A model generated the notes under the pieces. That model searched no databases. It was not told the DNA's origin and was given only the letters and a program-made list of their open reading frames with translations. From assembly GCA_041737595.1 (NCBI GenBank), contig JBGSRK010000009.1, positions 32,001-96,000 of the forward strand: 64,000 bases of DNA, in the 5' to 3' direction. This document shows, piece by piece, positions 30,024-40,368 of this stretch (its first letter is position 1; every line of letters starts with the position of its first letter). Source of the DNA: Patescibacteria group bacterium. GTDB lineage: Bacteria; Patescibacteriota; CPR2; UBA1875. The position numbers and the translations under genes were made by a program.

Positions 30024-31421
30024 TTATTTATTTTTGTCTTTTGTTAATTTCACACCAGCTTCCTTTAAAAGAACATCGGGTAGTGAGGTTGGTGCTCCCG
30101 TCATAGGGTCTTTAGCATCTCCTGTTTTAGGGAATGCAATTACTTCTCGTATATTTGGCTCTTCCAAAAGAATTGAAAGTATTCTATCAATACCTAGAGC
30201 GATCCCGCCATGTGGGGGTGGAGAAAATTTAAATGCTTTAAGCAAGTGCCCGAATCGTTCTGACATTTCATTTTTAGGGACTCCCAAAACTTCGAATATC
30301 TTTTTTTGTAATTCTTCCTCATGGATTCTAATGCTTCCGCCGCCAATTTCAAATCCGTTTAAAACAAGGTCATAAGCTGATGCCCTAACCTTAGCTGGTT
30401 CTTTTTCTAAAAGTTTCATATCACTATCTTTGGGTCTAGTAAATGGGTGATGAGATGAAGTTAAACCATTTGAATTTTCTGTTTTTTCGAAAAGTGGAAA
30501 ATCGACGACCCATGCAAATGCTAGTTCATTTTGGTCCTTTTTGTTCTTTCTAAGATCGGGCTTATCAGTTTTGTATTTTTTTATCGATTCTGAATAGTCA
30601 ATCCTTGGAAATGGTTTTCCCGTAATTTTCTTTTCAGGGAAAAGCTTTGTTACAAGTTCAATAATCATCTGCTCTGTTAAAGATAAAACATCTTCTTCTT
30701 CAACAAATGACATTTCAATATCAAGTTGTGTAAATTCAGGTTGACGGTCACCCCTTTGATCTTCATCTCTAAAACAACGCGCTATCTGGAAATACTTTTC
30801 AAAACCAGCCACCATTAAAAGTTGTTTATATTGTTGAGGGGATTGGGGTAAAACAAAGAATGAACCTTTACTTAAACGAGAAGGAACAATAAATTCTCTG
30901 GCCCCCTCCGGTGTCCCCTTGGTTAAAATAGGTGTCTCTATTTCTAAAAAAGATTTTTCAGAAAGATAATTTCTTAAAAAAAGATTAAATTCATGACGTG
31001 TCTTAATATTTCGAGCCATTCTAGGTGTTCTAAGATCTAAATAACGATATTTAAATCGAGTTTCTTCATTCACATTACTTGTTGATTTATTAATTTCAAA
31101 AGGCGGGACCTCACAACTAGAAACTAGAGAGATGGATTCTGAAGCTAATTCTAAGTTGCCATTTTTTAGTTCTGGATTCACAAGTTTATCTGGTCTTTTT
31201 TTAACTTTACCTGTAATTGAAACTAAAAATTCTTCTCTGAAACTTTTTACCTGCTCTAAAAGATCTTTATTAAAAATAACAACCTGCACTACCCCAGATG
31301 TGTCGCGAACATCCCAAAAAACAACTTTGCCGTGATCCCGAGAATTTTCAATCCATCCAGTGATAGTCACTTCTTGATCTATTTTATCTGAAATTTTTTC
31401 AATCATTTCTCTCTTAGCCAT
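30024..31421 (-). CDS. aspS: Aspartyl-tRNA synthetase, compact (no GAD insertion)
   Basis: RYLDLR, LPQSPQ, CFRDED..DRQPEFTQLD, PPHGGIALGIDR. Confidence 0.95.
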   Translation of the reverse strand: MAKREMIEKISDKIDQEVTITGWIENSRDHGKVVFWDVRDTSGVVQVVIFNKDLLEQVKSFREEFLVSITGKVKKRPDKLVNPELKNGNLELASESISLVSSCEVPPFEINKSTSNVNEETRFKYRYLDLRTPRMARNIKTRHEFNLFLRNYLSEKSFLEIETPILTKGTPEGAREFIVPSRLSKGSFFVLPQSPQQYKQLLMVAGFEKYFQIARCFRDEDQRGDRQPEFTQLDIEMSFVEEEDVLSLTEQMIIELVTKLFPEKKITGKPFPRIDYSESIKKYKTDKPDLRKNKKDQNELAFAWVVDFPLFEKTENSNGLTSSHHPFTRPKDSDMKLLEKEPAKVRASAYDLVLNGFEIGGGSIRIHEEELQKKIFEVLGVPKNEMSERFGHLLKAFKFSPPPHGGIALGIDRILSILLEEPNIREVIAFPKTGDAKDPMTGAPTSLPDVLLKEAGVKLTKDKNK

Positions 31422-31525
31422 TTTTTACCTAACTTTTTTATTTATTATTAAAATAACGTAATTTAACCCTCATTATAATACTAAAAGCTTGGGCTTCCAA
31501 GTGTTACTAACTTTTTAAATAGATT

Positions 31526-32434
31526 TTATTTTAGGTTTTTTGGTTTTAAATTATAATCATTACGAATGTCTCGTTGCTTACCATCTATCTCTACTGTTGC
31601 CATTACAGGATCTTCAATTCCAATAGCGTATGCGAGTTTAACGAGTACTTCTTGAGCTTTTTCTTTCTTAAGTATTTCAAGAGCTATTTCCCTAGCTTTT
31701 TTGGCACCTGATCTATCTACCTTTGTGTAATCTTTACCAGAAAAAGCGCCGCCGCCAACAGGTATTTCTGGACCATAGGCGTCAACAACTATTTTTCTTC
31801 CCGTTAAACCTGTATCAGCTTCAAATCCACCAACCGTAAATTCACCAGTTGGGTTAATAAGAATGTTTTTTGGTTTATATCTTTTTGCTAAATCATATAA
31901 AGGGGTTAAATCTTGGCCTTTTTTATGTTGTGCTGAGATAACAATGGTTTCTACTTCATTTTTTTTATTAATTGTAACTTGGCTCTTTGCGTCTGGACCG
32001 AAATTTTTAGGTAGTTCTTCTATAATTTTTTTAGCTAGATAATATTCTTGAGGTAAATATTCTTCATTATCAGAACAAGCGTAACCAATCATGATACCTT
32101 GGTCACCAGCACCTCCAGAATCTACCCCTAGCGCGATATTTGGACTTTGTTTAACTATATTTACTGTAATATCTAATTTATCTTTATATCCAATCGATTC
32201 ATATTTATCTTGAGCTATTTTCTTTACATCTACATCATGTTTAGATGTTATCTCACCCATAATATATAATTTGCCGTGTCCACCCATGCACTCTACAGCA
32301 ACTCGGCTATCTTTGTCTTTTTCTAAATACGCGTCCAGAATTGCATCAGATATTGCATCACACATTTTATCTGGATGCCCAGCTGAAACATATTCAGCAG
32401 TTCTAATCCCTTTAGTAGTTACAAAATTCTTCAT
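31526..32434 (-). CDS. metK: S-adenosylmethionine synthetase, short form (302 aa)
   Basis: GHPDK, GAGDQG, DAKSQV, GRKIVVD, GGGAFSGKD.TKVDRS; AAGGAG SD before ATG 32434. Confidence 0.93.
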   Translation of the reverse strand: MKNFVTTKGIRTAEYVSAGHPDKMCDAISDAILDAYLEKDKDSRVAVECMGGHGKLYIMGEITSKHDVDVKKIAQDKYESIGYKDKLDITVNIVKQSPNIALGVDSGGAGDQGIMIGYACSDNEEYLPQEYYLAKKIIEELPKNFGPDAKSQVTINKKNEVETIVISAQHKKGQDLTPLYDLAKRYKPKNILINPTGEFTVGGFEADTGLTGRKIVVDAYGPEIPVGGGAFSGKDYTKVDRSGAKKAREIALEILKKEKAQEVLVKLAYAIGIEDPVMATVEIDGKQRDIRNDYNLKPKNLK

Positions 32435-32452
32435 TTTTTCTCCTTTTAAACA

Positions 32453-32592
32453 AAAAAATCTTTCCGTATGGAAAGACTTCTTAACTTTAGTTAATACTCG
32501 TATCTTCCCACTTTCGTGGCTGGATTTAGCACCGTTGTTATCCGGTTGTTGGTAGATCACTGGGCCAGGTCCCTAACTACACTCTCAATATA
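32453..32592 (-). ncRNA. SAM-I riboswitch with downstream terminator
   Basis: Minus strand GAGAG..AGGGACCTGGCCC..ACAACC..GGTGCTAAATCC..GAAA..GAAGAT, then TCTTTCC-ATAC-GGAAAGA-T7; upstream of metK. Confidence 0.88.
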
Positions 32593-32641
32593 TTCCTTTG
32601 TATTAATATTATATCATATTAATTTTATAAACCCCCTATAA

Positions 32642-33412
32642 TTATTTCCTATTTGGCAAAGGAATAAGAGGGCTCGTTTTCTTCTTGTATTCTTGCCAAT
32701 GTGGCTTATTTTCAAAATGTTTTTCGGTGAGTGGAATACCAGAAACAAAAATAATAAGATAAGTGATAGTGATTGGGGTTATAATTGCCCAATAATTATT
32801 GGTGTTTAAAAAAACAAATATAAAAATACCCCACCACATCGTAACTTCACCAAAATAATTTGGATGTCTAGAATATTTCCAAAGACCTCTGTCCATAATT
32901 TTGCCTTTATTATCAATCTCCGCAATAAAACCTTTTAACTGTGTATCGGCGATTGTTTCAAATATGAACCCAAATAGCCAAATAGCTACACCAATAAGAG
33001 AAAGTGAATTCCAGTTTTTATCACTTATAATTAAAAACATTGAGCTCATGCCCAATAAATACATTAGGAACCCCTGAAGTAAAAATACATATATATATGC
33101 TTTTAATTTTGGAAATTTTTTCCAATTGGCACGCATTTCTAAATAACGGACATCTTCGGAAGAACTCTTGGCATGTCTCTTGTGAATATGATTAGACAGC
33201 CTATACCCCCAAATAAAAGTTAAGATCAATAAAATAATTGAGCCTAAAAAATAGTTTTTAGTTAAAAAAATAGCTGTTAGCACTATAAATGGTTGTGCCA
33301 ACCCCCAAGCTTCATCGGCAACATCAAGACGCCCTATTTTTTGTCCATATATATACCACAAACTAGTATATATCAGTACAGCGAATGCAATAATTATAAA
33401 ATATGAAAACAT
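32642..33412 (-). CDS. DUF1295 / steroid 5-alpha reductase-like membrane protein
   Basis: EDVRY, AD.QL, GLWKYSRHPNYFGE. Confidence 0.88.
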   Translation of the reverse strand: MFSYFIIIAFAVLIYTSLWYIYGQKIGRLDVADEAWGLAQPFIVLTAIFLTKNYFLGSIILLILTFIWGYRLSNHIHKRHAKSSSEDVRYLEMRANWKKFPKLKAYIYVFLLQGFLMYLLGMSSMFLIISDKNWNSLSLIGVAIWLFGFIFETIADTQLKGFIAEIDNKGKIMDRGLWKYSRHPNYFGEVTMWWGIFIFVFLNTNNYWAIITPITITYLIIFVSGIPLTEKHFENKPHWQEYKKKTSPLIPLPNRK

Positions 33413-33416
33413 ATTA

Positions 33417-33818
33417 TTAGAATAACTTTTTACTAATAAAGTAAGAAATTGTTGCCACAACCCCTGTAAGTACACTACCCCAAACCATATCAACAAGGGT
33501 AATTGAGAGTGGCCAATTTTTCATGACTGCATAGTTTGTCAGATCGTAGGTTGCATAAGCAAAAAAACCGAATAGCGCACCATAAAGAAGAACATGTTGC
33601 CAACCTTTATCTATGTTTGGTAAAACTGCAAATATTAAAATCCCAACTATATAAATAAGATAAAAAATTATTGCAGCTAACCAGTTTGGTTGAGGGCTAA
33701 GACCTGGTATTGTTTTGAAATAGAAATCCTTTGCAATAACTCCTATCCAGAGCATGTCGATAGCAAAAAATATTGGAACCGTAGCTATATATAGCATTAC
33801 TTCTTTGATATTTACCAC
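33417..33818 (-). CDS. DUF2177 family membrane protein
   Basis: D.LWIG, AYATYDLTN, WP...VD..WG. Confidence 0.85.
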   Translation of the reverse strand: MVNIKEVMLYIATVPIFFAIDMLWIGVIAKDFYFKTIPGLSPQPNWLAAIIFYLIYIVGILIFAVLPNIDKGWQHVLLYGALFGFFAYATYDLTNYAVMKNWPLSITLVDMVWGSVLTGVVATISYFISKKLF

Positions 33819-33909
33819 CTTTCTTTACTATATTTTAACATATTATATATATTAGATTGGAGAATTTGTGTCATTTATATAAATAGACCGATAAAATCGG
33901 CCTATTTCG

Positions 33910-33942
33910 TATGCGTTCCATTTGGCGAAGCGAGTAACGAAG
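33910..33942. repeat. att-like repeat of tRNA-Asp 3' end and trailer
   Basis: 33910-33928 matches 49651-49669 at 18/19; 33924-33942 matches 45142-45160 at 17/19. Confidence 0.65.
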
Positions 33943-33948
33943 ATAATA

Positions 33949-34965
33949 TTAAGAATAATCCTTAATCAAAGATTTGATAATTTTAAATCTTTTTGTGTAA
34001 TCTAGATAATATTGTTTGAGTTCTTTTGTGAGTTTACCATCTTTCTCATCATGATAAGCTTCAAAATATCTACCTTGATATCTTTTCTCAAGGGCATAAT
34101 AAAACGACATTATTTTTTCTTCTTTATTAAGTTTTTTTATGGATTCATACCCATCAAAAAAAATTTCAATTTTTCTTTTACATGATTTTTTATTACCCCT
34201 TTTTAAGAGCACATGGAAAAACATCCCGATATCTTCTGAAACTACGCTATGTCTAGTATCATCAAAATCAAAAATACCCGAAAGTTTATTGTGCAAAAAT
34301 CTTAGATTCCCTTCATGCATATCAGAATGAATTTGAAGTGTTGGTAATTTCTTAATAACTTTAGGATTAATAAATTTTTGGTAATAATTAATAATTGGTA
34401 GATATGAATGACTAATATCCTCATCTTTCACCTCTTGTTTTTTCCTCGCCGCATCAACCCACCAATTGTAATAGTTTAGGGCTCCATCTTTTTCTCGAAT
34501 ATATTTTGGTTTATAATTCAAGGTTAATTTATGAATTTTAGCCATCCATTTTGCTAAATCTTTAATCTTTTCCTTATTAAACTTTTTGATTTTATCACCA
34601 TATATATAATCAAAAAGGACAACAAAAAGATCATATTGACCCAATCTAATCTTAGTAAATAACTTACCATTAGTAGTTTTATTAATATGAGCAACTAGTA
34701 TTTTATGTTCAGACAAAAAGTTTAGAAAATTCAATTCATATAAAAGATGTTTTTTATCCCTAAAAACTCGACCATATTGTTTATCATTATAAATCCTAAC
34801 TACATATTTCTTTTTGCTAATTTTAACTATTATATTAATATTTTCATAACCTTGTTCTACTGGCGTAAAATTAAATTGAAAATCGCCAGAATAATAATTT
34901 TTTAAAATTTCATGTAATTTTTCTTTCGTTACTAAATGGCCGTATTTATCTTTGAATCTTTCCAT
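33949..34965 (-). CDS. APH/type II homoserine kinase-like phosphotransferase
   Basis: GYENIN, YVVRIY, HSDMHEGN, FDFDD. Confidence 0.85.
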   Translation of the reverse strand: MERFKDKYGHLVTKEKLHEILKNYYSGDFQFNFTPVEQGYENINIIVKISKKKYVVRIYNDKQYGRVFRDKKHLLYELNFLNFLSEHKILVAHINKTTNGKLFTKIRLGQYDLFVVLFDYIYGDKIKKFNKEKIKDLAKWMAKIHKLTLNYKPKYIREKDGALNYYNWWVDAARKKQEVKDEDISHSYLPIINYYQKFINPKVIKKLPTLQIHSDMHEGNLRFLHNKLSGIFDFDDTRHSVVSEDIGMFFHVLLKRGNKKSCKRKIEIFFDGYESIKKLNKEEKIMSFYYALEKRYQGRYFEAYHDEKDGKLTKELKQYYLDYTKRFKIIKSLIKDYS

Positions 34966-35067
34966 ATATAAATCTTATCACAAATAGAGCTTAGTAGATT
35001 AGCACTTCTGGTAATTAATATATATAGGTTGAAAATTATTGATTACCTTTAAAACATTTAATTTTGT

Positions 35068-35901
35068 ATGTATATTTTTTTTAGATTTTTCACTAGAGGT
35101 ATGTCCCATTTCTTCGAATCTATAAAGCTTGCATTTTCTTGTAATAAGTCCTATAAACAGTCTATCAAACCATTAATCGAAAAAATTTATAACTGTATGT
35201 TTTTTAATCCAAAGAAGAAAAATGAATGGAAGTTTTGGGATTATAAAATGTCAAAAAAAGTTAGTGAAATTATTAAGGGAGGGGAATTTAAGGAAATAGA
35301 AGATCCGGTAGAAAAAAAGTTTTATTTTTGGTTATTAGAAGAATTGTCTAATGATATTAACTTTAATAAATTAAACACCCTTGAGTTAGGTGCAGGTTCT
35401 GGAGCTTTTTCCTATTATTTACAGAAGCGCTTCAGATGCTCGGTTACACTTTTAGATAATAGTAAAAATGCCATTAAATACGCAAAGTTACTAAACTATA
35501 GAGCAAAAATATTAGAAAAAGATGCTCGGCAGTCATTTGGTATCAGTAAATATAATTTTATTCATACAACTGGGTTACTTGAACACCTTAATGACAAAGA
35601 TATAAAACAAATAATCAAAAACATTAAGCGAGCCTTAAAACCTAATGGTATAGCCTTCTTAGCAGTCCCAAATTATTTTAGCCCAGCATTAATAACACTA
35701 TGGAAAATTCACGGCAAGGGTTCAGAAAGGTATATAACAATAAGAGATCTTAAAAAATATATAAAATCTTATGGATTTAACTTGATTGCAGCTCGTCATT
35801 CGTATTTTAGTTTTGAAAAGATAACAAGATATATCTGGTTGGAGAAAATAATAGGTAGACTCGGTCTAGGCTTTTTAAATTATATTATTGTACAAAAATG
35901 A
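35068..35901 (+). CDS. Class I SAM-dependent methyltransferase (true start probably downstream, e.g. ATG 35248)
   Basis: LELGAGSG, LLD, GLLEHL, LKPNG, VPN. Confidence 0.85.
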   Translation: MYIFFRFFTRGMSHFFESIKLAFSCNKSYKQSIKPLIEKIYNCMFFNPKKKNEWKFWDYKMSKKVSEIIKGGEFKEIEDPVEKKFYFWLLEELSNDINFNKLNTLELGAGSGAFSYYLQKRFRCSVTLLDNSKNAIKYAKLLNYRAKILEKDARQSFGISKYNFIHTTGLLEHLNDKDIKQIIKNIKRALKPNGIAFLAVPNYFSPALITLWKIHGKGSERYITIRDLKKYIKSYGFNLIAARHSYFSFEKITRYIWLEKIIGRLGLGFLNYIIVQK

Positions 35902-36178
35902 AAACCAATAACGAACATTCAAATTATTAAAAACTTATATCTTGGTTACCAATTTATAATTTTTAAGGTTGAAAAATAATATAATGAGTTAGTTTATTTG
36001 TATTATTTGTAATTTTAGTTTAAAAGGAGAATTATTATATGACTAGATAAAAAATAATTTCTGAAATGTTTATTACTAACCAAAAGATTAAAATGGCTAT
36101 TTAATATATTATAGATTCTTATTGAATTTATTACGATTATGGCTTATTATTAATGAAATATTAAAAAAAGGAAAAATC

Positions 36179-37195
36179 ATGTATATATATAATAAAAAAT
36201 ATTTCATTGTTACACTGGTTGTATTGGCTTTATTCCTAATTACATGTATCGTATTTAATATTTATATGCCAAAAAAACAGACATCTAAAACAAAAATTAG
36301 AATTGGTTGGCAAACTCCTTGGGCTATTCAAGGACAAATAGCTCAAAGTTTAAAAAATACTGATTATTTATCAAAAAATAATCTAGAACCAGAGTTTACT
36401 GGTTTTGATTCTGGTGCTCCTCTTAATGAGGCTGCGTTAGCAGGTAAAGTAGATGTTATATTTACTGCGGATCAACCAGCCGCTACATTATTATCTAAAA
36501 GCAGTGACTGGGTAATTGTTTCGCGATTGATGTATAATAGGGTTTCTCTGTATGTACCACCAAAATCAAGTATTTTAAGCATATCTGATTTAAAAGGGAA
36601 AACAGTTGGTATGCCATTTGGGGCAGCGGCACAGAGAATGGCTTATAAAGCAGAACAAGATATGGGGCTAAAACCAGGCATAGATGTGAAAAATGTAAAC
36701 CTGGGAATCTATGAACAAAGTGATTTGGTAAAAAATTCTGAAGCAACTAATTGGGGCAACTTTGATGCCTTAGCAGGTTTTGATCCGACCCCAGCTGTAT
36801 TTGAAGATAAGGGACTTATAAAGATGCTTAAAACCGATACTGTTATTTCACTAGTACTTGTAAACAAAAAATATATTTCTGAAAATACTGACTCAGTTCG
36901 TAGTTTTCTAAAATCACTTAAGTCTAGTTATCTATTTTATGCACAAAATCAGGAAAAAGCTAACAAATGGTTTAAGGATGCTTCTAGACTAAATATCTCG
37001 GATAATGCACTAAAAATTTCTGCCTCTGTTGAACCAAACTTAAAAGCAAAAAAAGAAAAAGATATAATACTTAATTTAAATGATAATGATTATAAAATAA
37101 TGCAGGAAGCTGCAGACTTTTTATTCAATAATGGTTTAATAAAAACTAAGGTTGATATGCGAGCTAATGTGAATTTAGATTATCTTACAAAGTAA
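36179..37195 (+). CDS. NitT/TauT/SsuA-family ABC substrate-binding protein
   Basis: N-terminal TM anchor, IRIGWQ, SGAPLNEAALAGKVD, DLKGKTVG. Confidence 0.85.
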   Translation: MYIYNKKYFIVTLVVLALFLITCIVFNIYMPKKQTSKTKIRIGWQTPWAIQGQIAQSLKNTDYLSKNNLEPEFTGFDSGAPLNEAALAGKVDVIFTADQPAATLLSKSSDWVIVSRLMYNRVSLYVPPKSSILSISDLKGKTVGMPFGAAAQRMAYKAEQDMGLKPGIDVKNVNLGIYEQSDLVKNSEATNWGNFDALAGFDPTPAVFEDKGLIKMLKTDTVISLVLVNKKYISENTDSVRSFLKSLKSSYLFYAQNQEKANKWFKDASRLNISDNALKISASVEPNLKAKKEKDIILNLNDNDYKIMQEAADFLFNNGLIKTKVDMRANVNLDYLTK

Positions 37196-38313
37196 TGAAA
37201 AATATCCTACTTATTTCTATTGATTCTGTAAGAGCAGATGTAGCATATAATAGCAATCTACCTACATTAGATAATTTAGCAGCCGATGGTATAAAATACA
37301 TTAATTGTATTTCCTCCTCTCCTCTTACCCCAGTTAGTCATGCGACTGTTTTGACTGGTTTACAACCATTTAACCACGGTGTCAGACATCTTTTTAAGGA
37401 AAAAATGAATGACAAAAGACCAACATTAGCAGAAATACTGAAATTAAATGGATATAAAACAAGAGCCATTGTCTCTTGTCCAGGGATGAATAGTTGGTAC
37501 GGATTTTCTCGTGGTTTTGATATATACGATGATGAAATCCCAAAATTAACAGACGGTTCTGATGCTCTACTTACTGTTGATGTTGAAAAAAGAGGGTTAG
37601 CAATGAAAAGAGCGAAAGACGTAGTTGATAGGGCTATTTCACATATAGATGAGTTAGATAACAACTTCTTTCTTTTTGTTCACTTTTTCGATGCGCACTG
37701 GCCTTACAACCCTCCTAAAAAATATGGTGGAAAAAATAAATACGAAGAGGAAGTATTTTATACTGATCATCATTTAGGTAGACTTATTAATCACCTTAAA
37801 GAGATTAATAAGTATAAAGATACTACTATTATATTATTCTCTGACCACGGGGAAGATCTTGGCGGATGGTATCCGAACGATAAAGCAGGAGATAAATATG
37901 GTAATCCAGACGAAAAAGGTCATGGTACACTACTATATGATCAGACCATAATGACTGTTCTTATTATAAAAGACTCACGAATTAAAAAAAATCAGACTGT
38001 AATAGACCAAGTCAGGCTTGTTGATATTATGCCAACAATCTTAGATTTACTAGATATAAAAACTGATAATCAGTTTGATGGATTTAACCTTTTAAAGACA
38101 ACTGAAGAGGAGGGAAAACAGCTACTAGGCTATTCTGAGACTTTTTTCCCTGAAGAAATCAAAAGTGGTATTAGTAGAAAAAAATCATTCCGTTTAAATA
38201 ATACTTATAAAGTCATTATTGGGTTAGATAATGATGCAATTGAGTTTTATAACTTAATTGCTGACCCAAACGAGCAAAACAACATGTTTAAAACAATTGA
38301 CAAAAATGCATAA
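37195..38313 (+). CDS. Sulfatase-fold (alkaline phosphatase superfamily) enzyme, Thr at nucleophile position
   Basis: ISIDSVRAD, PLTPVSHATVLTG, HFFDAHWPY, SDHGE, GHG, DIMPTI. Confidence 0.88.
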   Translation: MKNILLISIDSVRADVAYNSNLPTLDNLAADGIKYINCISSSPLTPVSHATVLTGLQPFNHGVRHLFKEKMNDKRPTLAEILKLNGYKTRAIVSCPGMNSWYGFSRGFDIYDDEIPKLTDGSDALLTVDVEKRGLAMKRAKDVVDRAISHIDELDNNFFLFVHFFDAHWPYNPPKKYGGKNKYEEEVFYTDHHLGRLINHLKEINKYKDTTIILFSDHGEDLGGWYPNDKAGDKYGNPDEKGHGTLLYDQTIMTVLIIKDSRIKKNQTVIDQVRLVDIMPTILDLLDIKTDNQFDGFNLLKTTEEEGKQLLGYSETFFPEEIKSGISRKKSFRLNNTYKVIIGLDNDAIEFYNLIADPNEQNNMFKTIDKNA

Positions 38314-38325
38314 GTTTGGTAGAAT
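38297..38325 (+). promoter_or_regulatory. Sigma70 promoter of hisS overlapping sulfatase 3' end
   Basis: TTGACA-17bp-TAGAAT. Confidence 0.7.
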
Positions 38326-38380
38326 ATGCCCTACGAAGGCTCAGTGGGCTTTCGGGCCCCTTAAAAAGGAGAAGATTTAG

Positions 38381-39682
38381 ATGAATAAGAAAAGAGCAGG
38401 ACTCCTTAGTGGGTTCTTGGATTTCCTTCCCGAGGTAGAGCTCATGAGAGAGGCCATGATCGATAAGGTTACTGGCGTCTTCAAGCTCTATGGGTATGGT
38501 CCCCAAGATACTCCCTGTCTGGAGTACGCCGAGACCTTGTTAGACAAGTATGGTGAGAACCAGAAGCTTGTCTACGAGTTCGAGGACAATGGTGGGCGAA
38601 AGGTTGCCCTGAGGTATGACCTGACCGTTCCGCTTTCACGTGTGGTGCCGTCCTATCCAAGTAAGATCAAGCTTCCATTCAAGCGCTACCAAGTAGGCAA
38701 GGTGTGGCGAGCAGATCGTCCTGGTAAAGGACGTTTTCGCGAATTCATACAAGTAGATGCTGACACAATCGGCACGTCCTCGCCGCAGCTCGATTCTGAG
38801 CTTGTCATGGTTACACTTGATGTCATCGCCGCACTGAAGCTCACAGCATATGTGAGGATCAACGATAAACGGATCCTCGACGCTCTGAGCAAAACATGTG
38901 GTCTGACCGAAGAGCAGAAGATACTTGTACTGCGCTCAATTGACAAGCTGGATAAGATCGGTCAAGACGCTGTAGTTGTCGAGATTAGCAAGATTGGCCT
39001 CGATGCTGAGAAGCTAGATATCGTACAGCAGTATCTCGGCATCAACGGGATACCCCGTGAAGTCATCACCAGTCTTCGCGACTTGCTTCAGCCGTGTACT
39101 GAGCTTGACGAGGGATGCAAAGTTCTCGAGACAGTATTCGAAACCGTCTTTGCGCTTGGCTACGATGCCAAGTCTCTGCGTATCGATCCATGTATCGCCC
39201 GAGGCCTCGACTACTACACGGGAGTCATCTTCGAGACCATGCTGGTTGATAACCCAGAATTCGGGAGTATCTGTTCCGGCGGACGTTACGACTCGATCGT
39301 CAAGGATGGCAATGGCAGAGTTTTGCCGGCGGCCGGTGTTTCAATCGGCCTAGATAGACTCTTTGCGGCCATGCTTGATCGGGATCAGCTTCCCAATGCG
39401 GAAGCAGTTGCGAGAGTCCTCATTACAAACATGGGAGACTCTACTGCTCGGAAAGCAACAGAGATCGCCTCGTCACTCAGACGCGCCGGTATCTCTGTGC
39501 TTTACTACCCAGAAAAGGCCAAGCTCGCAAAACAGCTTGGCTACGCATCCGACCTTAAGATCCCTTGGGCCCTTATCGTAGGTCCCGAAGAGATCGAAGC
39601 CGGTATGTACACCATCCGTTCTATGGTAGACCGTCAGCAGACAACCGTACCCCAGGATCAAATCATCAAATCACTCCGCTAG
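38381..39682 (+). CDS. hisS: Histidyl-tRNA synthetase, canonical; GC-rich
   Basis: LRYDLTVP, WRADRPGKGRFREFIQ, ARGLDYYTG, GGRYD, GVSIGLDR, anticodon-binding domain. Confidence 0.95.
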   Translation: MNKKRAGLLSGFLDFLPEVELMREAMIDKVTGVFKLYGYGPQDTPCLEYAETLLDKYGENQKLVYEFEDNGGRKVALRYDLTVPLSRVVPSYPSKIKLPFKRYQVGKVWRADRPGKGRFREFIQVDADTIGTSSPQLDSELVMVTLDVIAALKLTAYVRINDKRILDALSKTCGLTEEQKILVLRSIDKLDKIGQDAVVVEISKIGLDAEKLDIVQQYLGINGIPREVITSLRDLLQPCTELDEGCKVLETVFETVFALGYDAKSLRIDPCIARGLDYYTGVIFETMLVDNPEFGSICSGGRYDSIVKDGNGRVLPAAGVSIGLDRLFAAMLDRDQLPNAEAVARVLITNMGDSTARKATEIASSLRRAGISVLYYPEKAKLAKQLGYASDLKIPWALIVGPEEIEAGMYTIRSMVDRQQTTVPQDQIIKSLR

Positions 39683-39715
39683 ATCAGTGGGGCGGCTTCG
39701 CCGCCCCACTGATCT
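39681..39715. terminator. Perfect 15-bp-stem hairpin after hisS
   Basis: AGATCAGTGGGGCGG-CTTCG-CCGCCCCACTGATCT; T tract weak. Confidence 0.65.
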
Positions 39716-39732
39716 CAATCTTTTAAACGAAA

Positions 39733-40368
39733 ATGATTATTTTAAATAACATATTAACATTATTTATTACAGATGGACTTGCCAGCCTTAGTCGGGTTTT
39801 TGTCGGTTTTTTTATTGCTATTATTCTAGGGGTAGGGCTAGGTACTATTACTTTTTATATAAAAGGGTATAGAAATATACTAAAATTAATTGCAGAATTT
39901 CTTAAGTCAATTCCACCCATAGCATGGATTCCTATTACTATTATGTTTTTAGGGCTTGGTTCGCAATCTGCGATATTTATAGTCTTTTTAGGTGGTTTCT
40001 TCCCTATTTTTCTTAATACAGCTTACGGCGTAACTTCAATGCCAAAAAAATATACTGAAATATCAAAAAATTTCGGAGTAAATGGAGTATATTTTTATCA
40101 TAAAATTCTCTTAGGCTATCTCATGCCATATATATTAACAGGGCTAAAAATAGGGATAGGGATTGCCTGGACAAGTGTAATTGCCTCTGAAATGATAGGA
40201 GTTCAAAGTGGTCTTGGCTATTATATTCAGATAAACAGACTTTTACTTAATACCCAGGAGGTAGTTACTGGCATGGTAATGATAGGCGTAATTGGTTACG
40301 GAATGACAAAGTTTGTTGAGAAAATTGAGAAGAAGTACTTAGTTTGGCAAGAGGCAAAGAATGCTTAG
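39733..40368 (+). CDS. NitT/TauT ABC permease
   Basis: SLSRV, IPPIAWIP, FFPI, ASEM, GLGY. Confidence 0.9.
   Translation: MIILNNILTLFITDGLASLSRVFVGFFIAIILGVGLGTITFYIKGYRNILKLIAEFLKSIPPIAWIPITIMFLGLGSQSAIFIVFLGGFFPIFLNTAYGVTSMPKKYTEISKNFGVNGVYFYHKILLGYLMPYILTGLKIGIGIAWTSVIASEMIGVQSGLGYYIQINRLLLNTQEVVTGMVMIGVIGYGMTKFVEKIEKKYLVWQEAKNA

Noticed and set aside
32435-32560. N-terminal extension of MetK in the ORF track
   Set aside because: Overlaps the SAM riboswitch and terminator; SD supports ATG 32434
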